Positions 1-12,889 of a DNA stretch of 64,000 nt are shown piece by piece (positions within the stretch are counted from its first letter, which is position 1; each line of letters begins with the position of its first letter). The notes below the pieces were generated by a model that saw nothing but the letters and a program-made list of their open reading frames with translations, made no database searches and had not been told where the DNA came from. The stretch covers positions 49,972,001 to 50,036,000 of the forward strand of contig NC_043004.1 of NCBI RefSeq assembly GCF_006345805.1. The letters are read 5' to 3'. Made by a program: the position numbers and the translations under genes. This DNA is from Octopus sinensis. Lineage: Eukaryota.

Positions 1-259
1 GGATTCAAATAAGGTTGCCTACAAACGTATAAAGTTGATATCTCAGCTACTAGGAGGTAAGACCCTTCCAACCTCTTGTATGCAGTGGAGAATGGAATTG
101 AGATAACAGTCGACCCACAAAGAATATCTTTTGGTCTCTCCAATATACCTATTTTTCTAGCTAGTTTTGTATAGTTATAAATACAAAAACTCCGTAAGCC
201 AAAGTCAGTTAGTGAGAATCGAGTCTGGCTGACCGGCTGAACGAAATGCCGTCAACGGA

Positions 260-887
260 ATGAAAAGGCACAGCAAGACAACTATGGTATCTCACAAAAC
301 GAAGCAGTTGTTTCGTCCCACCATTCCCACTTCTACTGGCTCACTTTCTTTTCTCTACAACATCACCATTTCTATCTTTGATTTACTACTACACAATGAC
401 GAGAACACACTCTATACAAGGAAAATATACGATATCTCTCTTTACTTCGCATGCTTTACGAATTATATTTTGCCAGCCTGTCGCGGTTTGGCTACAACAA
501 CATGTAACAGTGTTTACAACATCGATCACTGTTCTTTAATCTTGCACATCTGCAACATCAACACCCGTTACAATTGGTAACTGCCGACCACCAACATATA
601 TCATTACATAAACCGTTACACCAGCAACACTTCCAATACTGAAAAATACACCACAAGCGCTCATAATCAACTCTGAAGCTAAACCTGCTGCCTTCTTGTC
701 TCTATCTTGTTCCACTCCACCGACAGAATGAGGTAAAAGACGAAGCTCGATCAAGACTTGAAGCTGCTCTTGTTGGTGGCTCTGTGATATCTCTGGATAT
801 TTGATATTTATTTCAACTCAGAAAAAAGGAAAGAAAAGAAGGAAGGAAGGAAGGAAGGAAGGAAGGAAGGAAGGAAGGAAGGAGGAA

Positions 888-920
<33 letters not shown>

Positions 921-1133
921 GAAGAAAGAAGAAAGAAAAAGAAAGAAAGGAAGGAAGGAAGGAAGGAAGGAAGGAAGGAAGGAAGAAAGAAAGAAAGAAA
1001 GAAAGAAGGAAGGAAGAAAGAAAGAAAGAAAGAAAAAGACAAAGAAAGAAAGAAAGAAAAAAGAAGGAAAAAGAGAAAGAAAGAAAAAGAGAAGGAAGGA
1101 AAAAGACAAAGAAAGAAAGAAGGAAGGAAAAAG

Positions 1134-1172
<39 letters not shown>

Positions 1173-2100
1173 AAAAGAGACAGGAAGAAGAAAGAAAGAA
1201 AGAAAGAAAGAAGGAAAGAAAGAAGGAAAGAAAGAAAGAAAGAAAGAAAGAAAGCAAGAAAGGAAGAAAGAAGACTGTATTTGATGTCTGGAATGGTCAT
1301 CAGATTGCCCGAATGTATAAGGAAGATAGGCATTACACTTAAGTCAGAATTCTGCGCGGTGAATACCGATATTGCACAGTTCTTGATGGTTACATTGTTT
1401 TTGGTACCAGCTTTTAGATTTCATGAAATAGTCTCAGAAGCACGCGTCGAAACCAAATACGTTGATGGATTCCATCGACTAAGCCAATAACTTAGAAGTA
1501 TTTTCCACCAAATAGTTTGCTTTATATGTCAAATATGGTATAACTCTTAATCTTGAAAAAATTCTCTTTATTACAGATGAAATAAACATTTTGGGTTTTG
1601 GAATACAACTGTACAATGTCCATCCGTGAATACTGACAGAAAATCAAGGATTTTCCTGCCACTAATGAAAGCTCTGGCTGTAGCTGTTATCCTCGATAAA
1701 GACAGATATTTTGTCCCATGATGAGATAATATCTTTGTTACTGTTTGCAATAATCCCCTTTATTTAGAATATTTGTTGATAAATCACGTGAGAATATAAC
1801 AAACATAAGACTGAGATATTTAAAAGAGGACACTGCGCTACAAATCCCGTATGGTCCGCACATACATTACAACAACAAAAGATACCACTTGCAAATGACC
1901 TTTCTCACCGCCAATCATGAAGTGTTTAATTTGGGAGATAATAGGTCTTCCACCACAAAATAAATATGTCATCAGTATGACCAATGTCTTGAACTTACAT
2001 CAGTGTCCGGTATTCAGCAACACATGTGCTGTATATAACCAGCATTCGTTGCATGATATCTAGTGACAATACTGCTGATAATCAGGGAAGCTTATATGGT
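260..2100 (+). mobile_element. Highly degenerate retroelement remnant, probably Penelope-like, split by a purine microsatellite
   Basis: Residual coding-like sequence with many stops. I recognise it only as resembling Penelope N-terminal and endonuclease-region sequence; weak. Confidence 0.3.
822..1272 (+). repeat. (GAAA)n/(GGAA)n polypurine tract
   Basis: Direct reading; it generates the artefactual K/E/R- and F/L/S-rich ORFs. Confidence 0.97.
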
Positions 2101-2149
2101 GTTTCATCATTTACTTCCTTAAAATTCATGTCTTGGAACAAAGTACGTA

Positions 2150-2620
2150 CAAGGTGGCATCAAAAAGTTCCCGGACTAGTTCTGTAACCCGCCAACAGAT
2201 AATAGCATACGGTTGCGTGTGCAGTGATGGCCAGCAGTGACATCCACGTGGCTGTGTGCCGAGTGAAATTGCTGCGTTTACTTCACAAGTTGTGAAATTT
2301 CTGTTTTCGTCATCACATGTATGCCGTAGTTTACGATTTTGTAATGGACAGAAAGTAGGAACAAAGCACCAGCGTGAAATTTTGATTGAGCATCCTTTAA
2401 GACGAAGCAGTGGGTCGTACGCGATGTTTCGAGTAGAATGGGGGGCTTCAAAAACAACGGAAGAGTGACTCTGGAAAACGATGAGCGATCTGGAAGACCT
2501 GCTACGAGCGTTATCCCTGGAAATGAGGAAAAAACTCCGGGTACAATTCTGAGACGAAGTATCAGTCGTCATAATGAAAGAGCCCTTGATCTCCACGACC
2601 GAAGAAGGCACGACAGAGAT
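2150..2620 (+). mobile_element. Internally deleted mariner of the same family as 8396-9669
   Basis: Left TIR caaggtggcatcaaaaagttccc, LENDERSGRP, and a match to 9123-9155 at 2588-2620. Confidence 0.8.
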
Positions 2621-2697
2621 AATATCTCTTGTAGACATATATAAATATAAATTCAATATTTTTGAAAATTCGTAGCAGAGAGTCAGTTTAGAGAAAA

Positions 2698-3029
2698 TTA
2701 AGTAGAAACTTGCTTCGACTGGTATTTATTTCGTAAAGTCTTCTTCAGATTGTTCCAGAATGCAGTTTGAAGATGAGTGCCCTCTGAGTCTGATGGCCAT
2801 TGTAGGTAGGTGACTGTTTCCAAAATGAATTTTAGATTTTTATCTTTGATGTCTAAATCCTTGAAATTACCGAGAATAACAGGAATAATTCTGTGACGAA
2901 GTTTGAACATTTCCTGTTGGGCTACTTGGTATTCCATCCGGGTCCACTCGCTGTCTATATAATCATTGGTTAGCACCAGAAGCGTTCTTCTGCTGTTTTG
3001 TATGCTTTCTATGATATTGTTTGAAATAG
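2698..3029 (-). CDS. Gene A coding exon 4 (TIR domain C-terminal half and stop)
   Basis: Acceptor catttacag| at 3030/3029. In frame with exon 3: (T)ISNNIIESIQNSRRTLLVLTNDYIDSEWTRMEYQVAQQEMFKLRHRIIPVILG...VTYLQWP...FWNNLKKTL, TAA at 2698-2700. Typical TLR-type TIR C-terminus. Confidence 0.93.
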
Positions 3030-3075
3030 CTGTAAATGTACAAGAAAATCATTGATTAGAAACAATTTCACTCAT

Positions 3076-3152
<77 letters not shown>

Positions 3153-3156
3153 GATA

Positions 3157-3531
3157 TCTCTCTATATATATAAACGGCAAAATGTGTGTGTAAGTGTGTG
3201 TGTGTGTGCGTGTCCTTTGTACAAATCCGCAATTTTTCAGTTAGAGGGCTCGCACTTTCTATGGTCATTCAAAACCGTCCAAGGGTGGTCGTGCACATAT
3301 TTACATTTCCCCAGTCACCCCGCAAAGCCATTTAAAAATCAATAGAAGTTGCTTATTTTGTGAATTTTCTATCCAAAACCCAATCAAAATGGCCGAAACT
3401 TGATACGTCAATTGAATGCCAGAATGTGATTGGTCGGAGATTTGGAGAGTACTCGCGTGTATGTGCGCACGCACGCAGCTGCATATGCATGCACTATCAC
3501 TATGATCCGGCGTTGCCGGTCATACTGCTAG
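3157..3531 (+). mobile_element. Non-autonomous Helitron
   Basis: A|TC...TATATATAAA 5' end, ccggcgttgccgg hairpin, CTAG|T 3' end. Confidence 0.8.
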
Positions 3532-4048
3532 TATATTAATAATTATTTCAACCTTGAGTATATGGTTAGTAGTATGCCGATTTAAGCACTTTCACCGTTT
3601 AGGCTACCTGAGGTCATCCACAGTTTTGATGTAAATGCCATTGGAGCTAACTCAGGAATTCCGCGGTGTTCGTTGAGCTTATAATGGATAGACGCAACGA
3701 AGAATGGAGTTTGCAAGAATATTTAATCAATACAACGATCGTTTCAACCCATCCTGTTTCTGTCCCTTGCACGCGGGATACTGTACAACTAGTTATGTTG
3801 CATCCACCAGTATTTAGCGAAGCATTTTGTATAAAATAAGCTAGTTTAACATATTTAGCAATAACTGATTAATTATTAGCGATTCTTTGAGAAAGGGGAG
3901 GAGGGGAGGTAACTTTACGAAATTAAGGATCAAACGCTGAAAATTAATAAATCTTTTTTTATCTTTTGGTCAAGAGGTAAGGTGGTACGACGACCATTAA
4001 AAATCCTCTGAGGTCTTGGGGGTGGGAGAGACGGTATCCTCGAACAAG

Positions 4049-4270
4049 GCGGCGAGCTGGCAGAAACGTTAGCACGCAGGGAGAAATGCTTAGCGGTATT
4101 TCGTCTGCCGAGTTCAAATTCCGCCGAGGTTGACTTTGCCTTTCATCCTTTCGGGGTCGATAAATTAAGTACCAGTTACACACTGGGGTCGATATAATCG
4201 ACTTAATCCCTTTGTCTGTCCTTGTTTGTCCTCTCTGTGTTTAGCCCCCTATGGGTAGGAAAGAAATAGG
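4049..4270 (+). mobile_element. SINE-like family B; other copies at about 8250-8375+, 15960-16155-, 24340-24480-, 24570-24715-, 33318-33480+, 43160-43385+, 63480-63700-
   Basis: Repeated ggcggcgagctggcagaa...gagttcaaattccgccgagg...ctttcatcctttcggggtcgataaattaagtaccag. Confidence 0.85.
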
Positions 4271-5072
4271 TATCCTCGAACAAGAGTCCTGACTCGAATG
4301 TTTGTAATACGGGAACTCCGCTAAAGTCACTGAAAGTGTCAGCTATGGATTATATTTACCGGAGTTCGAACTCACAACGTTAAGAGCCAGAACGAATACC
4401 ATAAAACATCTGATCTAAGGTTCTTACACTTCCAACACTTCACAGGCCTGGTTTAATACTTTCTGTATCGGCCTCGAAATAATAAAAAACGAAGTTTAAC
4501 CAACGCGATATTTGTACTCAGAGCGCAGGAAGTCGGAACAAATGCCGTAAGAAAATTTATTCGATTCTCTAACAACCAGTCAGAATGCCCTTTGTATGAC
4601 TTTACACGAAGACTATACAGGTTTATCGAAAAGGTTGACCTTTGTTTGGTAGCAAAATGACAGATATGGACATGTTTCGGTCTTCTTTAGAACTTATCAG
4701 CATGGAAGATTCTATTCAAATGTACCTTGACTATGTATATGTGTGTGGGGGGGTGCGTGTGTGTGTGTGTGTATGTGTGTGTATGTGTGTGTTTGTATGT
4801 GTGTGTATGTGTTGTGTATGTGTGTGTATGTGTTGTGTATGTGTGTGTGGGGGTGCGTGTGGGTGTAAGTGTAGTGTGTGTATGTGTGTGTGTGTGAGTG
4901 TGTGTGTGTGTGTGTGTATGTGTGTGGGGGGTGCGTGTGGGTGTAAGTGTGCGTGTGTGTATGTGTGTGTGTGTGTGAGTGTGTGTGTGTGTGTGTGTGT
5001 ACACATCATAAAACTCGATCACCAGTAGTATCTTTGAACTGGTATATTCCACTCACACTAGTCGATACTTAC

Positions 5073-5216
5073 TCTCACCCGGGACGAAGTCCCGAAAGTG
5101 AACGCATGCTTTCAATCCCATGTCATCTTCGATTTTCGGAAACAAAATATTTTTCACCCAATTTTCGTCTGCATCTGAAGATTTGTACGAAATAAATACG
5201 TCGTATAACTTCTCCT
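5073..5216 (-). CDS. Gene A coding exon 3 (TIR domain N-terminal half)
   Basis: Acceptor ttttccattttcag| at 5217/5216 and donor GAGA|gtaagt at 5073/5072. 144 nt, phase 1-1. EEKLYDVFISYKSSDADENWVKNILFPKIEDDMGLKACVHFRDFVPGE contains TIR box 1 (YDVFISY) and the BB loop (RDFVPG). Confidence 0.93.
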
Positions 5217-5231
5217 CTGAAAATGGAAAAC

Positions 5232-5284
<53 letters not shown>

Positions 5285-5298
5285 CGTGTGTATATATA

Positions 5299-5331
<33 letters not shown>

Positions 5332-5366
5332 ATGTATGTATGTATGTATGCATGTATGTATGTATA

Positions 5367-5792
5367 GGCGCAGGAGTGGCTGAGTGGTAAGTAGCTTGCT
5401 TACCAACCACATGGTTCTGGGTTCAGTCCCACTACGTAGCACCTTGGGTAAGTGTCCTCTACTATAGCCTGGGGCCGACCAAAGCCTCGTGGATGGATTT
5501 GGTAGACGGAAACTGAAAGAAGCCCGTCGTATATATATATGTATGTGTGTGTGTGTGTGTGTATGTGTGCGTGTGTCTGTGTCTGTGTTTGTCCCTCCCC
5601 CCATCGTTTGACAGCCGATTTTGGTGTGTTTACGGGTTTACGTCCCCGTAACTTAGCGGTTCAGCAAAAGCAATCGATCAAATAAGTCCTAGGCTTACAA
5701 AGAATAAGTCCTGGAGTCGATTTGCTCGACTAAAAGCGGTGCTCCTGCATGGCCGCAATCAAATAACTGAAACAAATAAAAGAATAAAAGAA
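5367..5792 (+). mobile_element. tRNA-derived SINE family A with internal (GT)n/(AT)n; other copies at 17018-17456+, 50822-51220-, 32763-33200+, 50447-50810+, 39595-39910+, 16257-16500-, 34312-34830- (split), 19332-19500+, 20265-20465+, 62616-62745-
   Basis: A-box/B-box head (ggagtggctgtgtggtaag...ggttcagtccc), shared body and (aaagagt)n/(aaagaat)n tail repeated across the window. Confidence 0.9.
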
Positions 5793-5990
5793 TATATATA
5801 TAGCGAGAAGTTGAGGTTATAAGAGATAATGGTGCCATTGAGACCCAGAGGTGTCAGGTAATGCTGAATAAGTGCTATAGACAGACCATAGTTAAGTTCC
5901 AGATTCGGTAATTTTGCGAATAAGGGGTTCAACGTTGATTCTATGTCAGCGTGTGTGTATAAGAATTTTTTGCGCAATGAGATAAATAAA

Positions 5991-7500
5991 ACCAAGGCTG
6001 TGTAGATATTAGAACACTTATATCACATCTATTTTCTTTCCTCCACCTCACTCTCTATTTTATATCACATCTAAACTATGACTTAATCATCCTCTCACAC
6101 CGTCTCCGATGAAGGGATATAATTAATAAATATCCTGGAATCTACTGTAAGACCTATCTATAAATGTTCTAAAATCTACACAGCCTTGGTTTTTTATCTC
6201 TTTACGCAAAAAATTCTTATATATATATACTTACATGTATGTGTGTTTGAGGGATGATGACCGAGGGATCATACTGGATCGTTCGTCCGACTCTGTGTGT
6301 CACGGAGTTGCTTGATCACAGTTCACTCTTAGATATCCACCCAACCAGGACTCTGAACCCGTTTCTTTATATCACACTCCAGAAAAGCAGTCCCTATTCT
6401 CGAAATTTTTAAATTTCCTAACAAAATCACAAACATACACCCAAAATATCATTAGAGCACTCACAAAATATCTGCAATTATATGCCAACCACCTAGAATT
6501 CATAATAGTCTTACGAAACTTAAGCAAAGTATCTTCTTATAGAAATATCAGCCACCCAACACACACGGACTTTCAAACATTTTAGAATGATTCATTTTTC
6601 ATATCACAAACTTATATATTCCTTTCTCTGAAAACAAAAAAAAAAGCTACATTAATCCTTAAACAGTACATCTAAGGCATCATAAGTTATCTAGTCTTTC
6701 CTTAGATCCAGTCACTTTGTAATAAACCAAAATGAATTCAAAACAGTGCACTTGGCAAAGATCACAGTTTGTGCAGAGATCTATTCCTTAAACTGTCAAA
6801 ACAAAAAATTTCTGAAAAAAATATTGTAGCAAAGCCCAATCTTGCTTTCCCTGTCCCTGCAAGCATCCACACCTCTACAAAATACAATACACCAGAAATC
6901 TACTACAACAGTATACTGAGAACCGTAAACCTAACCTACTTGATTAAAAAAAAAATGAAGCAATCTCAGTAATGCAGCAGCAACATAATCAGCGGTATTA
7001 GCCCCCAGCACAGTGGTGGCATACAGAGTACTAATAATTTGTTAAGCTGAGAAGCAGCCATCAGATTCGGACTGCATTCGCTTTGACTGCTTCTGCTGTA
7101 GACACTAACGAAAGCAACTGCATAAGAATAGACAATAGAGTGAGTACAACATTCAAAGACTTGACTGTAACACTGTATCATATATGATCCATCTTTATAT
7201 GTCGGAAAGAGCAAAACAGTGTCTAACTAGATTAAAATGCATTAGTGCATAAAACCTAAATTAAGGATATCATGACTAACGACAGTCCTTCCTGGAATCG
7301 AATCCCTTCACAACAAACTACAAAGTTATAGATTTTCACTCGACTCACTCTCTACGCACCATGGACCTCCTTGTTTCATGGATCTCTTGCAGACATACAC
7401 CAGCAACAGCTTCAAAACACTGTTCTAAATATCCAGTTGTTTCCCGATAATATACATGGCACACTGACACACAATCGAAGTTATAATGCAACACTCCATT
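5991..7500 (+). mobile_element. Degenerate Penelope-like element with 5' inverted repeat
   Basis: 30-bp inverted arms 5991-6020/6161-6190 enclose a degenerate hammerhead (6102-6153). An LYVGKSK GIY-YIG-like remnant lies near 7195-7215. Confidence 0.55.
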
Positions 7501-7515
7501 ATCTAAATGTTAACT

Positions 7516-7894
7516 GTGGAGGCGCAATGGCCCAGTGGTTAAGGCAGCGGACTCGCGGTCATAGGATCGCGGTTCGATTCCCAGACCGGGCGTTGTGAGT
7601 GTTTATTGAGCTAAAACACCTAAAGCTCCACGAGGCTCCGGCAGGGGATGGTGGTGATCCCTGCTGTACTCTTTCACCACAACTTTCTCTCACTCTTACT
7701 TCCTGTTTCTGTTGTACCTGTATTTCAAAGGGCCGGCCTTGTCACTCTCTGTGTCACGCTGAATATCCCCGAGAACTACGTTAAGGGTACACGTGTCTGT
7801 GGAGTACTCAGCCACTTATACGTTAATTTCACGAGTAGGCTGTTCCGTTGATTCGGATCAACTGGAACCCTCATCGTCGTAACCGACGGAGTGC
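7516..7894 (+). mobile_element. tRNA-derived SINE family C
   Basis: tggcccagtggtt...ggttcgattccc head; 3' half shared with 18795-19105. Confidence 0.85.
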
Positions 7895-7935
7895 TTCCCA
7901 AATGTTAATTTTCAGTTATTATATACGAAACTTAC

Positions 7936-8103
7936 CTTTGTCTACGTAAGGCTGAAAATAGTGTGCAAACTTCATAAAGAATCGAAACCGTCTCTTCCAC
8001 ATCAGGCACATTACGAGTGAAATTAAGACAATCACAGTAACTGCTGTAACAGTTAAAATAATATCTATTGGGAATAATTTCTTCTTGTTTCCATCAGGAC
8101 CGC
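7936..8103 (-). CDS. Gene A coding exon 2 (transmembrane helix and juxtamembrane region)
   Basis: Acceptor ttcttaattacag| at 8104/8103 and donor AAAG|gtaagt at 7936/7935. 168 nt, phase 1-1. Translates (G)GPDGNKKKLFPIDIILTVTAVTVIVLISLVMCLMWKRRFRFFMKFAHYFQPYVDK: 22-aa hydrophobic helix followed by KRR. Not in the ORF track. Confidence 0.9.
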
Positions 8104-8395
8104 CTGTAATTAAGAACGGATGGTGTTACTTCTATTTAAATAATCGAACGCATATTTCAATATAAACAGCTTAATACACTAAGCTGTTAACAGTTTACTG
8201 TATTATGTGCATGACCTGTTTAATCCACTTAGCTGTATGTAGGTATAATACCTTTCGGGGTCGATAAATTAAGTACCAGTTACGCACTGGGTGTCGATAT
8301 AATCGACTTAATCCGTCTGTATATCCTTGTTTGTCTCCTCCGTGTTTAGCCCCTTGTGGGTAGTAAAGAAATAAGATATGTATGTAGGTATAATA

Positions 8396-9669
8396 AAAGG
8401 TGATATCAAAAAGTTCCCAGGTTAGTTTTGTAGCGCGTCACAGATGGCAGTACACGGTTGCGCAGTGAGAGCTAACAGTGACCGTCATGAAACAGTGTAC
8501 CAATTGACATTGCTGTGTTTCTTTCGCAAGTTGTGAAATTTGTGCTTTTGTCATCACGTATATTCTGTAGTCAGCGATTTTGTTATTGACAGGAAGTTGG
8601 AACAAAGAACCAATGTGAAATTTTGCATTAAACGTAGGAAATCTATTACAGAGACATTGAGCACTATTCGGTATGCTTACGGCGTCGAGGCAATGGGTCG
8701 TACGCAATGTTTCGAGTGGCACGGGCGCTTCAAAAACGGAAGAACGTCCCTGGAAGACGATGAGCGATCTGGAAGACCTGATGCGAGCATCACCTCACTG
8801 AAATGTGGAGAAAATCAATCAGCTTGTGCATGAAAATCGTCGGAGGACAATCAACGACATTGCTGATGTTGTTAGTCTGTCGTATGGTTCCGCAAAGGCA
8901 ATCCTAACGTTTAAATTGAACATGCAGCGTGTCTCTGCCGAGTTTGTCCCCCGTCTGCCGACAACTGAGCAGAAAGAACATCGCGTCGAAGTCTTTCAAG
9001 ATCTCTTCCAGCGTGCCGCTGGTGACCCATCCTTCATGTCGAGGATCAACAGCAGTGACGAGAGTTGGGTCTACTCATACGATCCTGAAATGAAGTAGCA
9101 GTCATCACAATGGAAGCACCCTTCATCTCCACGACCCAAAAAGGCATGACAGAGCCGAAGTTCAATCAAAAGCATGTTCATTGTTTTCTTTGACATCCGC
9201 AGTATTGTTCATCGAGAATTTATTCTCCAGGACCTGACTGTCCGTCGATAGTTCTATTGCGAAAGCAACCGGATCTGTGGAGCGCGAAGAATTGGTTTCT
9301 TCACAACAGCAATGCACCTTGTCACCGAGCTCCCCTTCGCTCGTGAGTTTCTCACAAAAAGCAAGATGGCATCGTTTCCGAACCCGTCCTATTCGCCAGA
9401 TTTAGCACTTGCGAACTTGCATCACTTCCCCAAGATAAAAAGGCAGCTCAAAGATCGCCACTTTAACTCCGCTTTCGAGAATCGCAGAAGGTGCTCGACT
9501 CCCTTACGGAAAATGACTTTCAGGATGGATTCCAAAGTGCAGGAACTCTGGGACCGGTGTACTGCTGCGCACGGTGACCATTTGGAAGGATATAATGTTA
9601 AAACTTAGGTAAATAAGTTATTTTTTTTATCAAACGTAACTAGTTCGAGAACCTTTTGATGTCACCTTG
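8396..9669 (+). mobile_element. Full-length degenerate mariner (DD34D) transposon
   Basis: TIRs (a)aggtgatatcaaaaagttccc / ttttgatgtcaccttg. Broken transposase: EQRTNVKFC, DDERSGRP, SAEFVPRL, SSDESWVYSYDPEMK, PSYSPDLA. Confidence 0.9.
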
Positions 9670-9788
9670 CAATGTACCAAACCAATGATAAGACATTTAA
9701 CTGTAATGTATCCAGCCTACGTAGCTGTGTTACTTATTTACAATCAGGTCAGGTATCAGTCAAAAATGAAATAAATAGTGTATTTCCA

Positions 9789-9820
<32 letters not shown>

Positions 9821-10449
9821 CACCTCTCTTTCTTTTATACAATGCAATAGTACACTTAAAATACCAGAAACAAATCATATTTAATTAGAGAAGAAGGCAC
9901 TTGGCAGTAAATCTGTAATATGATTACCAGACAAGAGCTATATACAAACTGTTGGCCTGATTCCTGGGCTCGTTTCAACATTTTGCTTCAAATTAGTGCT
10001 AATTGATTGCCTATATAGATTATCATTTGCATTTAATTTAAGTAATTTAAGATATCACTGAACAGGTTTAGTATGTTTTGATATTATTCAACGGACATGT
10101 TTTGTGTCCATAAATTCCCAAAGTGCTCGCGAACATTTGTGAAATGAATCATTGTTGGTGCTGTGTAAGAGAAACTATGACAAAAGATGTCATTTTAAGC
10201 TATGGTTACAATAACATTATATACTTCTTCATGTGATGTGAAAGGTATAGTTAATTAGAAAAATATATCATAATTAACGAAAACGTCAAATGTCAATTAT
10301 TATACTGGGACAATATCCCAGGAAGTGTTGCAAGTTTGAGGAAAATAGTATTACAAGGACTTTTTAAGAAACATCCACCTTCTGGAAAAGGATTCAAATG
10401 ATCCGCCATTCTCGATGACGAAGTTGAGTAACCTCTCCTGTTTTCACGC

Positions 10450-10960
10450 AGAGAAGGATGTGTAAATGTACGTGGTTTGGGTTCAGCTTGAAAGTCAAAC
10501 AACTTGCTCGGCGAGTTCTGATCACTAAATATAGATGTGGTAACCATTACTGGAACCAGAAACTCTGGAACACATACATTCATCTCCATTTTTGACAACT
10601 ATTAGACACAGATCTTGTGGTCTAACGGGATTGGGCGGTTACCGGAACTGAGTACCACACGCTCATCTTGTTCGGTTAAAGATCAATTCTGTGAGCCTTG
10701 TTGTGTTAGCTCTGATGGAAAACAAACACCAATAAAGGAGATAATCTAAATAATTTCCAACCCATAATCCCTCTAAATGCAGTATTCAATACCTTGGGTA
10801 AGGTGTTAGCAAAATGGTCGTTACTTATTGGTCGGTCAATCAAAAATGTGTGCGATTCCCAATAGATTCATTCACAGTAACCTTCATATGGTGCGATACA
10901 TCATAGAAAGCTCGGGCAACAATCTGTATGTACGCATTGTATGTCACATTTTAGGCATTC
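10450..10960 (+). mobile_element. Internally deleted Tx1/L1-like LINE remnant
   Basis: GCVNVRGLGS..KSNNLLGEF.SLNIDVVTITGTR (AP-endonuclease N-terminus) joined to CAIPNRFIHSNLHMVRYIIE (RT domain). Confidence 0.6.
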
Positions 10961-12069
10961 GAAGTCAAAGATCTAAGATATCAGTCAGTCAAAAATTTAC
11001 TCAACACCTCTCAATGCAGTTGAAAGATGTTCACTGGTGGAGAGTGCCGATGTTTGGAGTTATAGATGCAGATGTTGACATCATGTTAGTAAATATCAGT
11101 TTAGTTTGTGGTCAGTGTAGGAAATTTAAAGAGCGATAGGAAAAGATAGCATACGTTGTTAGGTTGAATAAAGTACTATGTGTTATTATGCTTTCAGACA
11201 CTTAAGTCAGTGAAGATTTCAAGAAGTAAATAAGGAAACAGAAATGAAAGAATAAATATACAGAGTTATGAGTGAGTAAAAGTGCTCGTTCATACACCAT
11301 AAATGGAATCACTCTCTGTCACACACGCCAACAAGTGGGGATAGACACAAAGAAAGCCAGGATGTGTATTATATGCATACATGTAAACGTTAAATACGCA
11401 TATACACTGGCATCTCTCTTTTTTTCTCTCTCTGTCGTTCCTTTTTTTTTTTTCTGTGGACACAAGTAAATATACAAACATATGGATGAAAGAATGACAG
11501 GAAACAATATCAGGGATATTTTAAAATATTCATTTCTACAACTATTTCAATAATTTTTTTTTTATGTAATACTACAATTTCAATTATAATCATATAACAA
11601 GAATTATATTATCGTGTTTAATAACCACATCATCAAACATTTTTTGAAATATGAATTACAGTTACAAATTTGCTCTTATAAAAAGGTTGAAGGTTCAAAT
11701 AACAAAAGAGAAAAAAGACAGAAAATAAACAAAATACGCATGCATCACTAACATAAACACACTACTAACACACACACACTCACACACGCGCACACACACA
11801 CACTGGTAGTTTCGCATTCTCCTGCCTCAAGAAAGCACTATCTCTATCTCTCTCCACTTACGGTCACTTCAGCCATGTAACCACACACGTGCTTTTCTTG
11901 GACTTTTTCTTTCTCCCTGGGCATGTCTTCTCTCCTCTTTCTGACGAAGAGCAATGCTCGAAACTTTATACACCCTTCCGTCTTATACTGAGCGTCAACC
12001 TAACACATTCGATGTGTAGGTCCTTTTGACTTTTATTGTTTTATTATTTTCAATTTTCGACTTGCCTAC

Positions 12070-12325
<256 letters not shown>

Positions 12326-12889
12326 CACATGCATGCGCAGAAATAGGTTTGTGCAGCTTGCTATGGTATATAGTTCTTAATCTTCCACGTGTGTGTGTGT
12401 TATTTGTGCCAAACCAGGCTCTTACTAATCTGAGTTTCACCTTTAATCACAAAGATTTTTAAGGCAAGTAGTGTCACAACTTACGTGAAGTTGAAACTCT
12501 GAATAGCAACAGGCTGACTTGACCAAAATTAAATATCATTAATTTCTACCACAGTATTGAGTAATCTCTTTTATTCCCGATAGCTAACATTAAAGAAGTG
12601 TGTGTATGTGTGTGTGTGTGTGTATGTATGTAAACATACATATATATATATACACACATACATACATACTTTTTACTATTTTTTACCGTTCATTATGTAG
12701 CTAAATTAGATTAACTTAAATTAAATATGTTTGTCATGCCTTGCCTAATTTTTTACCTTTCCTCACTACTTTAACCTACACACACACACACACACACACC
12801 ACACACACACACACACACACAACTATATACACACAGACACTTTTGATCTTGTGTCAATAAGTAATTCATTAGTTTTCAGTTTTATATAT

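Noticed and set aside
536-754. Minus-strand ORF with a TM-like stretch downstream of gene A
   Set aside because: Lies after the gene A stop, is bounded by stops, and is better explained as the antisense of a decayed retroelement.
801-1490. Long K/E/R-rich and F/L/S-rich ORFs
   Set aside because: Translations of a (GAAA)n/(GGAA)n tract. The same applies to the many CV-, HT-, YI- and SIYL-repeat ORFs in the track.
7516-7590. tRNA genes at SINE heads (also 19030-19105 and 59165-59230)
   Set aside because: A and B boxes continue directly into SINE bodies and no complete acceptor stem is evident.
10085-10160. Possible additional gene A exon after the strong acceptor tttctcttacacag (10161)
   Set aside because: All three frames stop within about 80 nt and there is no convincing donor; exons 1 and 2 already join in phase.
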